Shown: in pieces, positions 9,975 through 20,087 of the stretch | How the letters are laid out: each line of letters opens with the position of its first letter | Position numbering within the stretch: the stretch's first letter is position 1 | Source of the DNA: Minisyncoccota bacterium | GTDB taxonomy: Bacteria > Patescibacteriota > Minisyncoccia > Phycocordibacterales > UBA6065 | NCBI GenBank assembly: GCA_041661645.1 | Contig: JBAZUA010000003.1 | Span: 22,841-86,840 of the forward strand | Length of the DNA stretch: 64,000 nt | Direction of reading: 5' to 3' | Position numbers and translations under genes: made by a program | Notes under the pieces: model-generated | Told to the model about the DNA's origin: nothing | What the model saw: the letters and a program-made list of their open reading frames with translations, nothing else | Database searches by the model: none

Positions 9975-10469
9975 ATGAAAAATCAAAAACAGTTCCTTGT
10001 CAGCGTGCTTTTGTCAGTCTTCGGCCTCGTGTTTCTTTCGGGATGCACGCCGTTCTACGGCCCCCGGGTCATAGTGCAGCCGCCCGCCCTCAGCAAGTAC
10101 GGGGACAAAACGCCCTCAAGGAACCTCGGTGCAGTTAACATCCCCTTCATGGGAAGCAACTTTACCGCGTCAGGGGATCTTTTGGACGTGCTGAACGACA
10201 CCCCTTATATTCTGGTGGTATCGTCCGGAGCGCCCCATGAGATCTATTATCTCCAGCCCGGGGCGAACTATCGGTTCAATCTAGGTGCCTTTGGAGGGGA
10301 CCGGACCGCCATTGTTTACTATTATTACGAGGTGTTGCCGCAGGATGCACCCCGGTCAGTCGGGCTTAAGGAGTATGTGCGTTCGCGCGGGCCGCGTCTC
10401 AAAAGTTACACGGCAGTGGCCTACGTCGATGACAAGGGCAACGTGTGTATCAGGCGAGGACGTCGTTGA
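9975..10469 (+). CDS. Hypothetical lipoprotein
   Basis: MKNQK + hydrophobic stretch + LSGC lipobox; own promoter and terminator. Confidence 0.7.
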   Translation: MKNQKQFLVSVLLSVFGLVFLSGCTPFYGPRVIVQPPALSKYGDKTPSRNLGAVNIPFMGSNFTASGDLLDVLNDTPYILVVSSGAPHEIYYLQPGANYRFNLGAFGGDRTAIVYYYYEVLPQDAPRSVGLKEYVRSRGPRLKSYTAVAYVDDKGNVCIRRGRR

Positions 10470-10547
10470 TGTCTCGACCTGTGTCAGTTCAAGGGATTCG
10501 CTTCACGGCGGATCCTTTTTTGTTGGATTTTGATATATAGTATCGGC

Positions 10548-11000
10548 ATGATATCCCGCAGCATCAAAGACACCTCGTCGATAGCCGCCGAGTTCGCTCG
10601 CGGCCTCGAGCCGCGTCTGAATGATCGGGAAGAGGGCGTCCTCGCAACCGTCATCGCCCTGCACGGCGACCTTGGTTCGGGCAAGACTACCTTTACGAAG
10701 GCATTTGCGGCAGCCCTCGGTATCCCTGAAGAGGAAGTCACCAGCCCGACCTTCGTCATCGAGAAGCGTTTCGATATCCACGGCTCGGCCTTTTTCAAGC
10801 GGCTCATACACATTGATGCATATCGTCTGGAGCGGCCCGAGGAGATAGAGAGGCTGGGCTGGAAACAGACCCTTGCCGACAAAGCCAACCTGGTGCTCGT
10901 GGAATGGCCAGAAAATATCGGGTCTGCCATGCCTCAAAACGTGCCCACGATATCTTTCACATTCATAGATGAGAATACTCGGGAAATAGTGTTTAATTAG
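10548..11000 (+). CDS. tsaE: t6A biosynthesis ATPase TsaE
   Basis: LHGDLGSGKTTF, VTSPTF, HIDAYRL, VEWPE. Confidence 0.96.
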   Translation: MISRSIKDTSSIAAEFARGLEPRLNDREEGVLATVIALHGDLGSGKTTFTKAFAAALGIPEEEVTSPTFVIEKRFDIHGSAFFKRLIHIDAYRLERPEEIERLGWKQTLADKANLVLVEWPENIGSAMPQNVPTISFTFIDENTREIVFN

Positions 11001-11003
11001 GGG

Positions 11004-13391
11004 GTGAAACGACTCATACTCCTCGATTCCCACGCCATACTCCACAGGGCATATCATGCGCTGCCCGATTTCTCGACCGCAGGGGGCGAACCCACAGGCG
11101 CGCTCTATGGCGTCGCCACCATGTTGCTCGGCATCATCGAGACACTCAAGCCTGATTATATCGTCGCGACCTATGACTTGCCCAAGCCAACCCATAGGCA
11201 CGAGGCATACAAGGACTACAAGGCCGGCAGGGCCAAGACCGACGACGCCCTCGTCGCACAGATCATTCGCTCGCGCGACATTTTCAAGGTGCTCGGCATT
11301 CCGATGTATGACAAGGAAGGCTTCGAGGCGGACGACATTCTGGGCACCATAGTCGAGCTGACAAAGAAGGAGCGGGCGGCAGGCGGGCTCGAGGTCGTCA
11401 TCGCGTCGGGCGATATGGACACCCTGCAGTTGGTTTCGGGCGAGACGGTTCAGGTGTATACCCTGAAGAAGGGAATCAAGGACACCGTTATCTACGATGA
11501 GCCGGCCGTCCGCGAGCGATTCGGCTTTGGTCCCGAGCTTCTACCCGATTACAAGGGACTGCGCGGCGACCCATCGGACAATATCATCGGCATCAAGGGC
11601 ATTGGCGAGAAGACCGCGACCATCCTCATCAACACCTTCGGAACGATAGAGAATATGTACAAGGCCCTCAAGAAGGGTTCCGAGAAATTCAGCGCTGTCG
11701 GCATCACGCCTCGCGTCATCGAGCTTCTGACGAGCGGGGAGGAGGATGCCGAATTTTCAAAGGTTCTCGCTACTATTCGCCGCGATGCGCCGATCGATTG
11801 GAAGCTGCCAACCGTGGGCTGGAGGGAGGCGATCGACCTCGATGCGGCATCAAAGCTGTTCGCCGACCTCGAGTTTAGGACCATGTTCGCCCGGCTGAAG
11901 GGTGTGATCGACGGCAAGGCGATGCCCAAGAAGGTCGTTGAGGTGGAAGTTGGCGTAGGGCCTGTCGCCGCGCCTGTCGAGGAAAAGGACGTTTCCGCCG
12001 ATCGCCTGCGCGAGGCGGCCCTCATGCTGTGGCTCATCAACTCGAACATAGGCGATCCAAAGCTGGCCGACGTCATGGCCTTCTCCAAGGCCCAGACATT
12101 TGATGCCGCATGCAAGGTCCTCGAGACCGAGCTCAACAAGAGGGGCCTCACGAAGGTGTACGAGGACATCGAGAGGCCCCTCATCACGGTCATCGATCGC
12201 ATGAAGGAGATCGGCGTGAAGATAGACAGGAAGTTCCTCGAGGACTTGGGCGCCGAATATGGCAAGACTCTGGCCGCCCTCGAGAAGTCCATTTGGCGCA
12301 TGGCAGACATGGAGTTCAACATCGCCTCGCCGAAGCAGCTGGGTGAGGTGCTCTTCGTGAAGCTCGGGCTCAAGTCAAAGAAGAAGACGGCGGGAGGGGC
12401 CCTTTCCACCAAGGAGAGCGAGCTCGAGAAGCTGGCTGACGAGCATCCGATCATCGGCGAGATACTCCAGTATCGCGAGCTGTCCAAACTGCTCGGCACT
12501 TATATAGAAACGATACCGACCCAGCTCGATGATAATTCAAGGATACACCCGACCTTCATACAGACCGGCGCCGTGACAGGTCGCATGGCCACCAAGGACC
12601 CATCGATACAGAACATCCCGAACAGGACCGAGCTCGGCCGCAAGATTCGCAACGCCTTCATCGCCGAGAAGGGCTGGAAGCTCGTCGCCTTTGACTATTC
12701 GCAGATCGAGCTGCGCATCGCCGCCTTCCTCTCGCGGGACGACAAGTTCATAGACATATTCCGCAGGGGAGAGGACGTGCACGCCGCGGTTGCCGCCCAG
12801 GTGTTCGGCGTTCCTGTCGAGAGCGTCACCAAGGACATGCGAAGCCAGGCAAAGACCATCAACTTCGGCGTTATGTACGGTATGGGCGTCACCGCTCTCC
12901 AGAAGAACCTTGGCACCGATCGAAAGGCCGCCCAGAAATTCTATAATGACTATTTCGAGAAGTTCCATGGCCTCGCCGCATATCTCGAGAGCGTAAAGGC
13001 CGAGACTGCCGAGAGGGGGTACACCGAGACGTTCTTTGGCCGACGGCGCTACTTCGACGGCATCAAGTCAAAGATCCCGTTCATACGCGCCGCCGCCGAG
13101 CGCATGGCCATCAACGCGCCGATACAAGGCACCGAGGCGGACATCGTGAAGCTTGCCATGATACGCGTCGACGAATACATCCGCGAGAAGGGCCTCGAAA
13201 AGGACGTTCACATACTGATGCAGGTGCATGATGAGATCGTGCTCGAGGTGCGCGAGGGCCTTGTCGATAAAATATCTCCCGACATCAAGAAAATAATGGA
13301 GGCAATCATTCCGCCCAAGGACATTCACGGCATCGTCATCGTGGCTGACGCGAAGGTGGGGGATAATTGGGGCAGTATGGATAAGTTCTAG
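11004..13391 (+). CDS. polA: DNA polymerase I
   Basis: 5'-3' exonuclease (HRAYHA, EADD, GDPSDN) plus family A polymerase motifs DYSQIELR, KTINFGVMYG, QVHDE. Confidence 0.98.
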   Translation: MKRLILLDSHAILHRAYHALPDFSTAGGEPTGALYGVATMLLGIIETLKPDYIVATYDLPKPTHRHEAYKDYKAGRAKTDDALVAQIIRSRDIFKVLGIPMYDKEGFEADDILGTIVELTKKERAAGGLEVVIASGDMDTLQLVSGETVQVYTLKKGIKDTVIYDEPAVRERFGFGPELLPDYKGLRGDPSDNIIGIKGIGEKTATILINTFGTIENMYKALKKGSEKFSAVGITPRVIELLTSGEEDAEFSKVLATIRRDAPIDWKLPTVGWREAIDLDAASKLFADLEFRTMFARLKGVIDGKAMPKKVVEVEVGVGPVAAPVEEKDVSADRLREAALMLWLINSNIGDPKLADVMAFSKAQTFDAACKVLETELNKRGLTKVYEDIERPLITVIDRMKEIGVKIDRKFLEDLGAEYGKTLAALEKSIWRMADMEFNIASPKQLGEVLFVKLGLKSKKKTAGGALSTKESELEKLADEHPIIGEILQYRELSKLLGTYIETIPTQLDDNSRIHPTFIQTGAVTGRMATKDPSIQNIPNRTELGRKIRNAFIAEKGWKLVAFDYSQIELRIAAFLSRDDKFIDIFRRGEDVHAAVAAQVFGVPVESVTKDMRSQAKTINFGVMYGMGVTALQKNLGTDRKAAQKFYNDYFEKFHGLAAYLESVKAETAERGYTETFFGRRRYFDGIKSKIPFIRAAAERMAINAPIQGTEADIVKLAMIRVDEYIREKGLEKDVHILMQVHDEIVLEVREGLVDKISPDIKKIMEAIIPPKDIHGIVIVADAKVGDNWGSMDKF

Positions 13392-13393
13392 CC

Positions 13394-13645
13394 CTATCGA
13401 TAGGCGTCCTTTCGATGTGATATTTCCACAACGAACACGATAAGTTCGTGTTTTATGATTTCATATATGATTCGGTAAGGCCAGACGCGCAGGGATCGGA
13501 GACCTTTGAGGTCCCCGTGAAGCTCTTTGCCCTGAAAAGGCGCTCGACAAAGCCTGTCGAGGGAGACCAGGATGCGGGCCTGGGCGACCCTGTCCAGCCT
13601 AGCGAACTCTTTTCTTGCCGAGGTTTTTATTACCAGTTCGTACAT
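13394..13645 (-). CDS. RelE/ParE family toxin
   Basis: 83 aa basic protein, LRVWPYRIIY...HRKDAY; directly downstream of the antitoxin. Confidence 0.88.
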   Translation of the reverse strand: MYELVIKTSARKEFARLDRVAQARILVSLDRLCRAPFQGKELHGDLKGLRSLRVWPYRIIYEIIKHELIVFVVEISHRKDAYR

Positions 13646-13952
13646 AGGCTTTCTTTGGCTTATCGTTCAGCATAAAGTCCTTCTTGAGCTCATCGAGCGT
13701 CGGCCACTTCTTCCATGCGCCAGACTTCCACGCGTCCCGGGTTTCCTTCACGCTCTTGAGGATGTTCGGCGAATCCCGAAGAACCTCCATGGTCTCGATC
13801 CATGACTCGTATTCAGTTGCCGACATGATGACGGCCTTGGGCGTGCCACGTTCGGTGAGGGTGTACACGACGGCGGGGGACACGACCTCCGATACTATCT
13901 CGAAGAGCCTTTTTCGGGCCTCCGTGAGCGATATGATGTTTTTCATATTCAT
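13599..13952 (-). CDS. Phd/YefM family antitoxin
   Basis: ISLTEARKRL...LTERGTPKAVIMS..EYESWIET. Confidence 0.88.
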   Translation of the reverse strand: MNMKNIISLTEARKRLFEIVSEVVSPAVVYTLTERGTPKAVIMSATEYESWIETMEVLRDSPNILKSVKETRDAWKSGAWKKWPTLDELKKDFMLNDKPKKAYVRTGNKNLGKKRVR

Positions 13953-14039
13953 GTGTACATAATAGCGTACATGACAAGGGCGCGCAATCGGGCCGTGCGA
14001 GCCAGAGCACCCTTGTGGGCAAAATGCTAAAATCTACCT

Positions 14040-14759
14040 GTGTTATACGTCATTCACGGCACCGATATAGAAACCGCGCGAGCCAAGGCCCACGGCCTCT
14101 TCGAGGCACTCAAGGGCAAGAAGCCCGACGCTTCGGCGGGGACGCTCGCTGCCGAGCAGGTGACCCTCGAGCGCCTCGACGAGCTTACCCAGTCTCAGGG
14201 CCTCTTCGAGAACAGGCAGATCATCTTCATGGATCGCACCCTCGAGAACAAGGATGTTCGTGAGGTCATCCTGGAACGCATCGACGAGCTGGGCGAGTCC
14301 CCGAACATATTCATATTCTTCGAGGGCAAGCTGACAAAGGAGATACTCAAGAAGCTCGAGAAGAGGGCCGAGAAGATACAGGAATATGCGGCCGATGACG
14401 CGCCAAAGGCAAAGCAGGACGGCGGCTTCTTCGCGCTCGCCGACGCCCTTGGCTCGCGCGACAAGAAGGGTCTCTGGGTTCTGTTTCGGGAGGCGATGGA
14501 CAGGGATGCCGCCCCCGAGGAGATTCACGGCATATTGTTCTGGCAGGCAAAATCGCTCGCGCTTGCCGCGCGAACCCGCGATGCCGCCGAGGCGGGCCTT
14601 AACCCATTCGTCTATGGCAAGGCGAAAAGATACGTGTCTAACTTCAGGGTGGGGGAGATAGACGCCCTCGTGTCCCGGCTCGTTCACATATATCACCACT
14701 CCCATCGGGGCGAGGGGGATTTCGAGCTGGCCCTCGAAAAGATGATTCTCGATCTATAA
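14040..14759 (+). CDS. holA: DNA polymerase III delta subunit-like (HolA)
   Basis: LYVIHGTD start, SQGLF, FALADAL, GLNPFVYGK, LEKMIL clamp-loader delta pattern. Confidence 0.8.
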   Translation: MLYVIHGTDIETARAKAHGLFEALKGKKPDASAGTLAAEQVTLERLDELTQSQGLFENRQIIFMDRTLENKDVREVILERIDELGESPNIFIFFEGKLTKEILKKLEKRAEKIQEYAADDAPKAKQDGGFFALADALGSRDKKGLWVLFREAMDRDAAPEEIHGILFWQAKSLALAARTRDAAEAGLNPFVYGKAKRYVSNFRVGEIDALVSRLVHIYHHSHRGEGDFELALEKMILDL

Positions 14760-14806
14760 AAAACAAAAGGCGCCGCATGTGCGGCGCCGACTCTGATTGT
14801 GGGGCC

Positions 14807-15172
14807 TCAGGTGATGGGGACACCCATCTCGATCGGTGGTTTGCAGTTTTCCCCCTTGTGAGGCGGAACCTTGCAGGGAAATTCTTCGCTCGTGTTGCGG
14901 AACAAGTCGAGGCCGTCGATGGCGCTGACCGAAAACACGTAGTCATTTTCCGGGTGGGACTGGATCGAACCATCCTCGCCGATGCGAGCCTTGGAAATAT
15001 CAAACCCTCCCGATGTGTAGCCCTTGCGCTCCTTCGACTTCTTGTCGTCGGGGACGGCCAGGACGGCCTCCTCTGACAGGGGGAAGCATATCCCGTTGTC
15101 TTTTTGTCTGGACGCGATGAAGAATTCTCCCGCGAGAACCTTTCCGGTTTCCCTACAGATGATTTGGCTCAT
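14807..15172 (-). CDS. Hypothetical protein
   Basis: 121 aa ORF with an upstream promoter-like sequence; no recognised motif. Confidence 0.55.
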   Translation of the reverse strand: MSQIICRETGKVLAGEFFIASRQKDNGICFPLSEEAVLAVPDDKKSKERKGYTSGGFDISKARIGEDGSIQSHPENDYVFSVSAIDGLDLFRNTSEEFPCKVPPHKGENCKPPIEMGVPIT

Positions 15173-15316
15173 GTGTGCTGTTTCTGAAGAACAATCGCAC
15201 TATCCCCGTGCGAGGGTGTCGCGCAAACGTGCGTGACTGAAAAACAGTACGCCCGTGCGGGTGTTTTGTCAAACCACCTTTATCTTTGGGGTTTTTGTGG
15301 TATTATCGGTTTCATT

Positions 15317-15389
15317 CCGCCCATAGCTCAGTCGGTAGAGCAGCTCCCTTTTAAGGAGAGGGTCCCAGGTTCGATTCCTGGTGGGCGGA
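15317..15389 (+). tRNA. tRNA-Lys(TTT)
   Basis: ccgccca/tgggcgg acceptor, D arm gctcagtcggtagagc, anticodon loop CT-TTT-AA, T arm ggttcgattcc; CCA not encoded. Confidence 0.93.
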
Positions 15390-15465
15390 CACTCATGTGA
15401 TAGGTTCGGAGTCCGAGAAGGCTTCTTTTGGCTTGTGGAATAAGCTCGTGTATTATTGATGCACG

Positions 15466-16107
15466 ATGATCACGGTTTTTGTAGACGAATCAGGGAATCT
15501 CGGTAATGATGGGCGATATTTCGTCATTGCTATTATCGTGCCTCAGAAGGGTAAGAGAATATCGAATTTCATGAAAGCCTTTTGCGCCAAGAATAATCTC
15601 CCAGAGATAAAGGCCTCACAGCTCTCGTTTTCTCAAAAGCAGGAGATTTTCAATAAACTCACCTCTGCCAACGATTATACTGTTTCATATATCGTCGCTG
15701 ACAAGAAACACATAGATAATCACCAGTTGTTTAAAGACAAAAATCTTCTCTACAACTATCTGTTCTCGTTCCTGATTAAGAAAACTATAAAAGGCGCAAA
15801 CGAGGATGTGTGTATTTTGCTTGATAACCACTCAACAAAAACAAAGTCTATTAACTCGCTCTGCGACTATATAAAAATTAAGGCGTTTACCCAATGGAAT
15901 TATCGGAACAATCTTCAAATAGGGTATGTAGACTCAAAGAATTCAAAAACTATCCAAGCGGCGGATGTGATAGCGAATGCGATTTATGCAAAATACATAT
16001 ATGGAAAGGATCATTTTTATAACATGCTGACGATTAGCGAATCTATCAAGTTCCCACAGAGTAAATTCGGCCAAGAACCACCTGTTGGTAACCAACTTGA
16101 AACATAG
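15466..16107 (+). CDS. DUF3800 domain protein
   Basis: FVDESG N-terminus, EIK, C-terminal DSK...IQAADVIA; AT-rich. Confidence 0.88.
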   Translation: MITVFVDESGNLGNDGRYFVIAIIVPQKGKRISNFMKAFCAKNNLPEIKASQLSFSQKQEIFNKLTSANDYTVSYIVADKKHIDNHQLFKDKNLLYNYLFSFLIKKTIKGANEDVCILLDNHSTKTKSINSLCDYIKIKAFTQWNYRNNLQIGYVDSKNSKTIQAADVIANAIYAKYIYGKDHFYNMLTISESIKFPQSKFGQEPPVGNQLET

Positions 16108-16131
16108 GCTGTTTTAGATTAGTATCATAAG

Positions 16132-16235
16132 TGACATCAATCTTGTGTGGAGCTTAATGCAAGTAAGTGACGTGTGCCGTCACCGAAGCACAAGTAGTCT
16201 TGAAAAGCCCTGTGGGGCTTTTCTGCTTTATGGGG
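16132..16235 (+). ncRNA. Putative DUF3800-associated structured RNA
   Basis: gtgacg-tgtgc-cgtcac stem whose loop can pair with downstream gcaca (pseudoknot), then gaaaagccc..gggcttttc hairpin. Confidence 0.45.
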
Positions 16236-16389
16236 AGTACCACCTTGATAGGAGTCCTTAATGGCGCTTGTGTTGTTGTTCACGCAACACAAGGGATGAC
16301 GCATATTCTCTAGGGAGTCCAGGAGGGAGGTGTTGGTAAGAAAAAGCCCATATATTCCTATATGGGCTTGGGACAAAACCGTTTATGAA

Positions 16390-16821
16390 TCAAGAGTCAC
16401 TAAGCGTTAGGTAATTTTCATGATTACCCTCGTCTCTTTTGACCAATCCTTTTTCTAATAGACGATGCAGGTCATCGCTACTCATGACAAGTCCATAACC
16501 TGGAGGGGTTTTGCTTACAGCAAGTCGTTTGATCACCTCAATAAATAACGGCTCAGAATGCTTTGAAGGAAATACACAGTTCCAGCAAATCAAAGGGTAT
16601 CCATGCAAGAATATCCTACTATGCCCATGACAAGTTGCCTGCCTTCTCTTGAATTCATAATCCCATTCATAATAGGAGAGAATGGCCGTTCCCTCATAGA
16701 GGTGCATTGCTTTATTTTTGGCTTTAAACACAGTAAGCCATAACTGCTTTTGGAATTTGTTGCCCTGTCCACTCGATGGACCCATTGCTGGCGGGATTTC
16801 CATGGTATTTGTTTTATTCAT
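16390..16821 (-). CDS. Hypothetical protein
   Basis: 143 aa ORF in tRNA-Lys island. Confidence 0.55.
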   Translation of the reverse strand: MNKTNTMEIPPAMGPSSGQGNKFQKQLWLTVFKAKNKAMHLYEGTAILSYYEWDYEFKRRQATCHGHSRIFLHGYPLICWNCVFPSKHSEPLFIEVIKRLAVSKTPPGYGLVMSSDDLHRLLEKGLVKRDEGNHENYLTLSDS

Positions 16822-16991
16822 ATGAGTTTGATGGGAAACAGACGATCCGCACGATGTGGTATCGGCAAGTCACTCGCATGCTTCCTTTCAAACTCAACTA
16901 CTTCAAAGAACTGGATTCTATGAACCCATAGCGCATGTTATGGACTCAATAAAATAGGGGATTGTGTAAATCCCCTACGAGAGAATAAGGA

Positions 16992-17201
16992 TTAGCGCAA
17001 GGAACGGATATAATCTTCGAACACCATACGTTCCAAAGCTTCCCTGGATCTGATAGAAGGATGTTCTCCTTTCATCCCCACACTCTTCATTAGCACCGCG
17101 TCAGGAGTGCCGGGTGTAGCGATACCACGCAGATAATCAAGGGGTATGCCGTCCTTAAGGGCTTCGCGGTATTCGGTGTGAGCATCTTTGGTGTCTTTCA
17201 T
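16992..17201 (-). CDS. Small hypothetical protein
   Basis: 69 aa, ATG 9 nt after upstream stop with AGGA SD. Confidence 0.55.
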   Translation of the reverse strand: MKDTKDAHTEYREALKDGIPLDYLRGIATPGTPDAVLMKSVGMKGEHPSIRSREALERMVFEDYIRSLR

Positions 17202-17210
17202 GGTCCTGTT

Positions 17211-17771
17211 CTAGCCCTCTACTCCCCACGGAGCCGATGGAACAGGAAAATCGTTCTTCTTGACGAGCAGGACATGGGTCCCTTTCTCAAACAAGTTTTC
17301 TCTCAAGCGAACAAGCTCAAGACGCCTAAAAGAGGAACCGACATTGAGACGTGCCACCGCTCGCATTCCGCCACTCCACTGAAAGATCGAACCGAGAGCG
17401 ATTACTTTAAAATCCACTCCTGCCCGAACTCTTTGCTTGGATGATCCCAGACTCAACAGATCTCCGAATGTTCCGAATCGATCACGCGGAAGATTCACTG
17501 TGATATGTTTTACAATATCATATTCCTCCATTGGTTTTGGAAGCACCCAAGCATCGGGATTCTCCCCAAGAATTAGATGCGACTGAACCGCAAGATCCCA
17601 AGCACCTGTCTGAGAGGTACCAAAGCAGAGCGAGAAGAGAATGCTAGTGTCACACTCCATGGTGCTACATAGTGAAGAATAATTACCAGCATTGATCATC
17701 TCTCTGATAACCTGACTAATGGTTTTGTTAGCCACCACTGAGGCATTGGACTGTAGGTTTTGATTGCTCAT
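17211..17771 (-). CDS. Hypothetical protein resembling the DGR target family
   Basis: EMINAGNY and VIALGS..RAVARL...RRLEL resemble EMVALGRY and IVALGS..RRVACL...RRLSL of 24154..24732. Confidence 0.6.
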   Translation of the reverse strand: MSNQNLQSNASVVANKTISQVIREMINAGNYSSLCSTMECDTSILFSLCFGTSQTGAWDLAVQSHLILGENPDAWVLPKPMEEYDIVKHITVNLPRDRFGTFGDLLSLGSSKQRVRAGVDFKVIALGSIFQWSGGMRAVARLNVGSSFRRLELVRLRENLFEKGTHVLLVKKNDFPVPSAPWGVEG

Positions 17772-17898
17772 AGGAAAGTACTATTTCTCCAATATTATGG
17801 ATCAAATGTCAATTATAGTCACAAATGGGGACTACTACCCATCGCATTTTCATACATAGCTTGTGATATAAGGGTATATATGCTATACTATTGGTGTC

Positions 17899-18645
17899 AT
17901 GAAAACGGACAATAAGGAAATAATTGATTCTTTGGAGCTGTATGGATTCTCTCCTAACGAAGCGACTGTATATGTGTTTCTCCTCAAAAAGATCGAATCC
18001 TCGGCTTTTGAGATAGCGAAGGAGTCCGGAATCCCGAGAACAACTGTCTACACCACTCTCGAATCGCTTAAACGACAGGGTTTTGTCTCGCGGTTGAGGA
18101 AGAATAATGTTGCGTATTTCACCCCCGAGAGCCCGAACAGGCTTATCGGGCTTCTTAAAAAGAAAGAGGAGGTTGTTAATTCGATCCTGCCTCAAATTAG
18201 AGCAATTTCATCTCGAAATGTTGATGCACCAACAGCAAAGCTTTTTGTTGGCATAGATGGGATCAAGTCAGGTCTTGAAGATATACTTGAAACCCTCAAA
18301 TCACAGAAAATAAAGCAGATACTTGCCACCTCTCAGCCGGACATGACCAAGCATCTACCTAAATATTTTCCAGCGTGGCTCAAGTCGCGTGAGGATATAG
18401 GTGTGTTCACAAAACTTATACTCTCCCATGACGCGCGCGGGTACCTCTTTTCTAACGAGCTGCGAGAGGTCAGGTATCTACCCGAGAAATTTCCCTTTGA
18501 TTGCTCGGTTACGATATACGGGAATAAAATGGCGTTCTTTTCGCTTCGAGATGATGATGCATATTGCGTGATCATCGAGTCGCGCTCAATTGCCGACATG
18601 CTGAGCAAGTTCTTTTTGTTCTCGTGGGAGATGTTAGGGAAGTAA
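17899..18645 (+). CDS. TrmB family transcriptional regulator
   Basis: GFSPNEATVY, IPRTTVYTTLESL winged HTH; C-terminal IYGNKMAFFS effector domain. Confidence 0.88.
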   Translation: MKTDNKEIIDSLELYGFSPNEATVYVFLLKKIESSAFEIAKESGIPRTTVYTTLESLKRQGFVSRLRKNNVAYFTPESPNRLIGLLKKKEEVVNSILPQIRAISSRNVDAPTAKLFVGIDGIKSGLEDILETLKSQKIKQILATSQPDMTKHLPKYFPAWLKSREDIGVFTKLILSHDARGYLFSNELREVRYLPEKFPFDCSVTIYGNKMAFFSLRDDDAYCVIIESRSIADMLSKFFLFSWEMLGK

Positions 18646-18778
18646 GCTGTCTTTTATGGTGTCCACTATGTCCACTTTCTCTCTAAACGAGACACTGTCT
18701 AAACATGCCTTAGGAGTGTCTCATTCACAGGAATATTAGCCCTTCTGTACCCTAGATGTGACAGTGTGCAACACACGC

Positions 18779-18902
18779 TCAAAAGTGTCGGATTTGTCGG
18801 ATTTTGACCCGACCTACTTGCCTCATTACGCCTGCACGTCCATAATCAAAACAACCCTTATGGCGCGCCACTTTACAATTTCCGAGACCGATTCGGGGGA
18901 CA
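18779..18902. repeat. att-like repeat family B, copy at tRNA-Lys island
   Basis: ~124 bp homologous to 20088-20212, ending ttcgggggaca like the tRNA-Lys end ggcggaca. Confidence 0.8.
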
Positions 18903-19178
18903 AGCTAAAACCGCAGATTTATCTGCGGTTTTAGCTTGTCCGAGCCGGAGCGATGTTTTTCGCTTCGAAAAACTGCGAGGTGGGGTCGCGGACATTCCGA
19001 GCGACGGCGATAAATGATCCGTGACGACACTTATGTGAGACAGACCGAGAGGGCTAAGCGTGGCTTTGTTTTCAAAGAGTAAGATAAAGTCGCGAATCTA
19101 TTTAGTGATCAAGAGGGGAATAAGGTGATATTTAGGCATTTACCTAATGGGTACGGGGGAGGTAAAATAGCGATACGT

Positions 19179-19940
19179 ATGAAACCCCGTACTCCTCGAG
19201 CTTTCACCTTGATAGAACTCCTCGTTGTCATTTCCATCATTAGCTTACTCTCGTCCGTGGTTCTTGCCTCCTTGAATTCTGCGCGGAACAAAGGAAAGCT
19301 TGCGGCCATTAAAGGCAATCTTCAAAATATGATTACCCAAATGGAGCTTTCATATTCAGACAATGGAAACTACGGAGGTATAAATGGAGCGGGAACACCG
19401 CCATATCGTCCGAGTACCATTTGCCTTGGGCCAATCGCAGGCATGGCCCGGGCCACATCAAACGGGGGAGCCAAGGCTCGGTGTCTCTCCACCAATTTTT
19501 CAGGTTGGAGCGATGTCAACAAAAGGTGGGGAGCCACAGCCCTTCAATACACCACAACAGCTCCCGTCAAAGCGTGGTCGGCTTCCCCGTCTGGAGTAAT
19601 CGCCTGGGATGCACAGGGGGTGAACTCCTCCGGCGCATTCGTGGGTACTGATGTAACCATGAACTGGGACACGGCAGTTGCCGCTTGTGCCACAGCGGGA
19701 GGCCGTCTTCCCACGGTCGAGGAACTCAAAACGCTCGGCGACGCCCAGTGCGAAGCCCTTGGAAGCACCGACTGCACAGTAGACTCCGCAAGAAATCCTC
19801 CAGGCTTCCAGGCCACCTTCTACTGGTCGGGTACTGGGGTTCCGAGCGATGGGTCTCAGGCGTACACCGTGTACTTATACCGCGGCAGCATGTACAACTA
19901 CCCCAAGGCCAATGGCTACTACGTTCGGTGCGTCCGCTAG
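19179..19940 (+). CDS. Type IV pilin-like protein with C-terminal DUF1566/C-type-lectin-like domain
   Basis: AFTLIELLVVISII prepilin motif; WDTAVAAC..GGRLPTVEEL, FYWSGT and YVRCVR lectin-fold motifs. Confidence 0.85.
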   Translation: MKPRTPRAFTLIELLVVISIISLLSSVVLASLNSARNKGKLAAIKGNLQNMITQMELSYSDNGNYGGINGAGTPPYRPSTICLGPIAGMARATSNGGAKARCLSTNFSGWSDVNKRWGATALQYTTTAPVKAWSASPSGVIAWDAQGVNSSGAFVGTDVTMNWDTAVAACATAGGRLPTVEELKTLGDAQCEALGSTDCTVDSARNPPGFQATFYWSGTGVPSDGSQAYTVYLYRGSMYNYPKANGYYVRCVR

Positions 19941-20087
19941 CATTCCTCGTTCCAATCCGCCGTCTGGCCTGAGATGCCCTTTGAATATGACCACATTCTC
20001 ACTTTCAATTTGAGCAGGGAATGGAGGGACAGAATGAATTTATTGTTATATATCTTTCCTGCAAATAAGATATTGACTGAACCTACC

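Noticed and set aside
19810-19940. Pilin C-terminus as a target of the local TR
   Set aside because: No nucleotide alignment to 25075-25202.
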